Positions 61,135 to 64,000 of a DNA stretch of 64,000 nucleotides are shown piece after piece. The stretch spans positions 2,080,001-2,144,000 of the forward strand of contig CAXXJJ010000004.1 of assembly GCA_963667015.2 (NCBI GenBank), given 5' to 3'. The translations under genes and the position numbers were made by a program. Below the pieces are notes generated by a model. The model ran no database searches. It saw only the letters and a list, made by a program, of their open reading frames with translations, and had not been told where the DNA came from. The stretch's first letter is position 1, and each line of letters starts with the position of its first letter. The DNA comes from Desulfatiglandales bacterium. Its GTDB lineage: Bacteria > Desulfobacterota > DSM-4660 > Desulfatiglandales > HGW-15.

Positions 61135-61554
61135 ATGAAACAAAACAGTCTCAGGCCTTTAGCAGTCACATTTGCTGCAGGTGGAATCTGGGATACGATA
61201 GCCGGAATTTTGTATCTATTTATGATCGGTACAGGTCGAGCTATCGATGAACCTCACACCCATTCATTTTACAGCGTATTCCTTGCCTCCTTCTTTTTCT
61301 GTTTTGCTTACCTGCAATTTCTGTCAGCCGTTAATATTCGAAGATATATTTTTAATGTCGGCTGCCTGATTATCGGCAGGATCTTCTATGTTATTCAGCT
61401 TTATGCCTATATGTTATTTTATAAAGATTTTCCTTCTGCATTCTGGTTTACAGGAATTGTGGATGCGGCCTTAACCCTGCTGTACATTGTATTCACCCTT
61501 CGTGGCGGACTGAAGATTAAGGATTTATTTTTACCGGTCAGGGAAAAGGTATAA
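61135..61554 (+). CDS. hypothetical 4-TM membrane protein
   Basis: Abuts previous stop; AGGAG RBS; hydrophobic throughout. Confidence 0.75.
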   Translation: MKQNSLRPLAVTFAAGGIWDTIAGILYLFMIGTGRAIDEPHTHSFYSVFLASFFFCFAYLQFLSAVNIRRYIFNVGCLIIGRIFYVIQLYAYMLFYKDFPSAFWFTGIVDAALTLLYIVFTLRGGLKIKDLFLPVREKV

Positions 61555-61718
61555 AAATATTTTATGACTTTTATTTTTATTTAAAATAATCTATTATTAT
61601 TCGTAATTTTCATAAAAAATGATTCCCGTTTTATAATCAGCTTTACCCCTGTAAGTTATCTTTTTCATCCATAAATATCACATATAAGCTTTTCAAACTT
61701 AAACAACAGGAGAATTCC

Positions 61719-64000
61719 ATGTCAAATGCCCGGATGGAAACCGCTTCCCAGAAAGAGATGCTGGCATACTACAAATCCCTTAATGACATTGCAAACCAGA
61801 TCCACTCCGCAAAGGACATGGATGAGATTTTTCTGGAACTTAATGAGGAGATCCTTAGCCTGTTTAATGCAGAAAGAATAAGCATCTATGTGATTGACGG
61901 GAACAGAAAAGAACTCTATCAGCGCCTGAAGGCCGGAGGTCCTGTACCTAAAGAAATACGCCTACCCATTAATAACGAAAGCATCGCCGGATATACTGCC
62001 TTTAATGCGCAGGTAACAAACATTGTAAATGCCTATGATGAAGATGAACTTGCTATGATCAACAGAAGGTTATCTTTTGATAAAAGCTGGGATGATAAAA
62101 ATAACTTTGTTACAAAACAGGTTTTATCCGTACCCATATTCTTTACAAACAAAATTATTGGTGTGTTTCAGCTTATAAATAAAAATAGCGGTAAAAGATT
62201 TTCTCTTGAAGACCAGAGGTCTGCCGTTGAAATGGCAAAAATCCTTGGAGTAGCATTTTATAACCAGCTAAAAATTTCAAAAGAATCTAAAAAAAAGAAT
62301 CGTTTTGATTATCTTTTAAGCAACAGCCTTATCACACAAAAGGAACTGGAGCAGGCTGTCAGGCGTGCAAGGGAACAGAAACTGGCTATTGAAACGGTTT
62401 TTATTAATGATTTCAAGGTTAAGAAAAACGATGTTGGTAAATCCCTTGGTGAATTTTTCAATTGCGAGTATGTCCCCTATGACAGTAATTTTACGATCCC
62501 CGGCGATGTTCTTTCCCAGCTCAAACATGTATACCTTAAAAGAAACCTGTGGGTGCCTCTTGCAAGAGAAAACGGCAATGTAAAAATCCTTATAGACAAT
62601 CCCCAGCGACTGGACAAAATAGACAGCATCAAGGCATTAATCCCTGCGGAAAAATATGAGTTTGCCGTAGGACTGAAGGAAGACATACTCCAGTTTCTTG
62701 ACTATTTTTACGGCGCACCACAGGAAGAGGATAACTGGTCAATACAGGATATTATGGCAAAACTTGGTGTTAGTGACGATGATGAGGAAGATGATTCCTA
62801 TGAACTAATGACCGAGAATGACAGTACCATAGTCCAGCTCGTTAACAAGATAATAGTGGACGGTTACAGGAAAAACACATCCGACATACATATCGAACCA
62901 TACCCGGGAAAGTCAGGCGCTGAAATCCGTTTCAGGATAGACGGCGCGTGCACGAATTACCAGACCATTCCCTATCACTATAAAAAGGCGGTTGTTTCGA
63001 GAATCAAGATCATGTCCGATCTGGATATAGCTGAAAGAAGAAAACCGCAGGACGGCAAGATCAAATTCAAAAAATTTGCACCCATTGATATCGAACTGAG
63101 GGTTGCGACCATACCCACGGTAGGTGGAGAGGAAGATGTGGTAATGCGTATACTGAGCGCTGGAGAACCAATACCGCTTGATGCCATGGGCCTGAGTAAA
63201 AGAAACTATAATTTATTTACTCACCTTATTTCACAACCATATGGAATTGTACTGGTGGTAGGCCCGACCGGCAGCGGGAAGACAACAACGCTCCATGCAG
63301 CACTTAACCATATCAACAAACCTGAGACAAAGATATGGACAGCTGAAGATCCTGTTGAAATAACACAGAAAGGGTTAAGGCAGGTGCAGGTTCTCCCTAA
63401 GATAGGTTTTGATTTTGCCGCGGCAATGCGTTCGTTCCTGCGGGCCGACCCGGACGTGATCATGGTCGGCGAGATGAGAGATTATGAAACCGTGTCAACC
63501 GGGATCGAGGCATCGCTTACCGGTCACCTGGTATTCAGCACACTGCATACCAACAGCGCTTCGGAAACTATTACAAGGCTACTGGATATGGGTATGGATC
63601 CCTTCAATTTTGCAGATGCCCTTTTAGGCGTACTTGCACAGAGACTTGTAAGAACATTGTGTAAAGATTGTAAAGCCCCCTATCATCCTGATGAAAAGGA
63701 GTATGACGAACTTGCACGGGCCTATGCTGGTAATTTTGCATTCCTTGGATTTCCATATAGTGATGATCTCAAACTCTACCGTGCAGGCGGCTGCGATAGA
63801 TGCAATAATACGGGCTACCGGGGAAGGACAGGCATTGTTGAACTTCTGCATGGAACGGACGAAATGCAGGCGCTCATTCAGGGAAGGGCAAAGATGGAGG
63901 ATTTAAGAGAACAGGCGATAAAGGACGGCATGACAACCCTGCTGCAGGATGGTATAAGGAAGGTCTTTCTTGGCCTGACTGATATCAGGCAGGTTCGGAA
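61719..64000 (+). CDS. GspE/PilB-family secretion/pilus ATPase with N-terminal GAF domain (3'-partial)
   Basis: Absent from the ORF track (no stop in window). ATG 61719 after AGGAG; GAF (SIAGY...FDKSWD...VLSVPI...GVFQLINK); SDIHIEP, RIKIMSDLDIAERRKPQDG, GPTGSGKTT, LRADPDVIMVGEMRD, TGHLVFSTLHTN. Confidence 0.92.
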   Translation, partial: MSNARMETASQKEMLAYYKSLNDIANQIHSAKDMDEIFLELNEEILSLFNAERISIYVIDGNRKELYQRLKAGGPVPKEIRLPINNESIAGYTAFNAQVTNIVNAYDEDELAMINRRLSFDKSWDDKNNFVTKQVLSVPIFFTNKIIGVFQLINKNSGKRFSLEDQRSAVEMAKILGVAFYNQLKISKESKKKNRFDYLLSNSLITQKELEQAVRRAREQKLAIETVFINDFKVKKNDVGKSLGEFFNCEYVPYDSNFTIPGDVLSQLKHVYLKRNLWVPLARENGNVKILIDNPQRLDKIDSIKALIPAEKYEFAVGLKEDILQFLDYFYGAPQEEDNWSIQDIMAKLGVSDDDEEDDSYELMTENDSTIVQLVNKIIVDGYRKNTSDIHIEPYPGKSGAEIRFRIDGACTNYQTIPYHYKKAVVSRIKIMSDLDIAERRKPQDGKIKFKKFAPIDIELRVATIPTVGGEEDVVMRILSAGEPIPLDAMGLSKRNYNLFTHLISQPYGIVLVVGPTGSGKTTTLHAALNHINKPETKIWTAEDPVEITQKGLRQVQVLPKIGFDFAAAMRSFLRADPDVIMVGEMRDYETVSTGIEASLTGHLVFSTLHTNSASETITRLLDMGMDPFNFADALLGVLAQRLVRTLCKDCKAPYHPDEKEYDELARAYAGNFAFLGFPYSDDLKLYRAGGCDRCNNTGYRGRTGIVELLHGTDEMQALIQGRAKMEDLREQAIKDGMTTLLQDGIRKVFLGLTDIRQVR

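Noticed and set aside
62316..63906. Short ORF-track ORFs in the last 2 kb
   Set aside because: All are shadows of the long GspE/PilB frame starting at 61719.

Overview
AT-rich chromosomal segment from a sulfate-reducing deltaproteobacterium (Desulfobacterota-like; inferred from dsrT-dsrMKJOP, a class III cytochrome c3 and overall gene content). Most of it is housekeeping and energy metabolism: proBA-nadD-rsfS, a polar amino acid ABC transporter, a stand-alone IMP cyclohydrolase, an HDOD Ser/Thr kinase, cytochrome c3, ferredoxin and dsrTMKJOP. Divergent from dsrTMKJOP is an hdrC-hdrB-frdB-like-frdA-like operon. Further on are a thiolase-hbd-acyl-CoA dehydrogenase-etfBA cluster whose EtfA is fused to an XRE-cupin regulator, a carboxyltransferase-mdh-fumarase cluster, MoxR/VWA, queC, pldA and a GAF-GspE/PilB ATPase that runs off the right end. 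Accessory and non-coding signals: (1) a candidate sigma54-dependent ~140-nt sRNA whose tandem 18-bp activator sites recur in front of an unrelated 64-aa ORF and, as a single copy, in front of a cassette array; (2) an integrase-less integron cassette array with two clear attC sites and an interrupted restriction-endonuclease cassette; (3) a decayed IS200/IS605 element bracketed by a 36-bp direct repeat; (4) a 29-bp inverted-repeat element; (5) several families of intergenic short repeats. No rRNA, tRNA or CRISPR array was recognised. All calls come from reading motifs by eye; no database searches were run.
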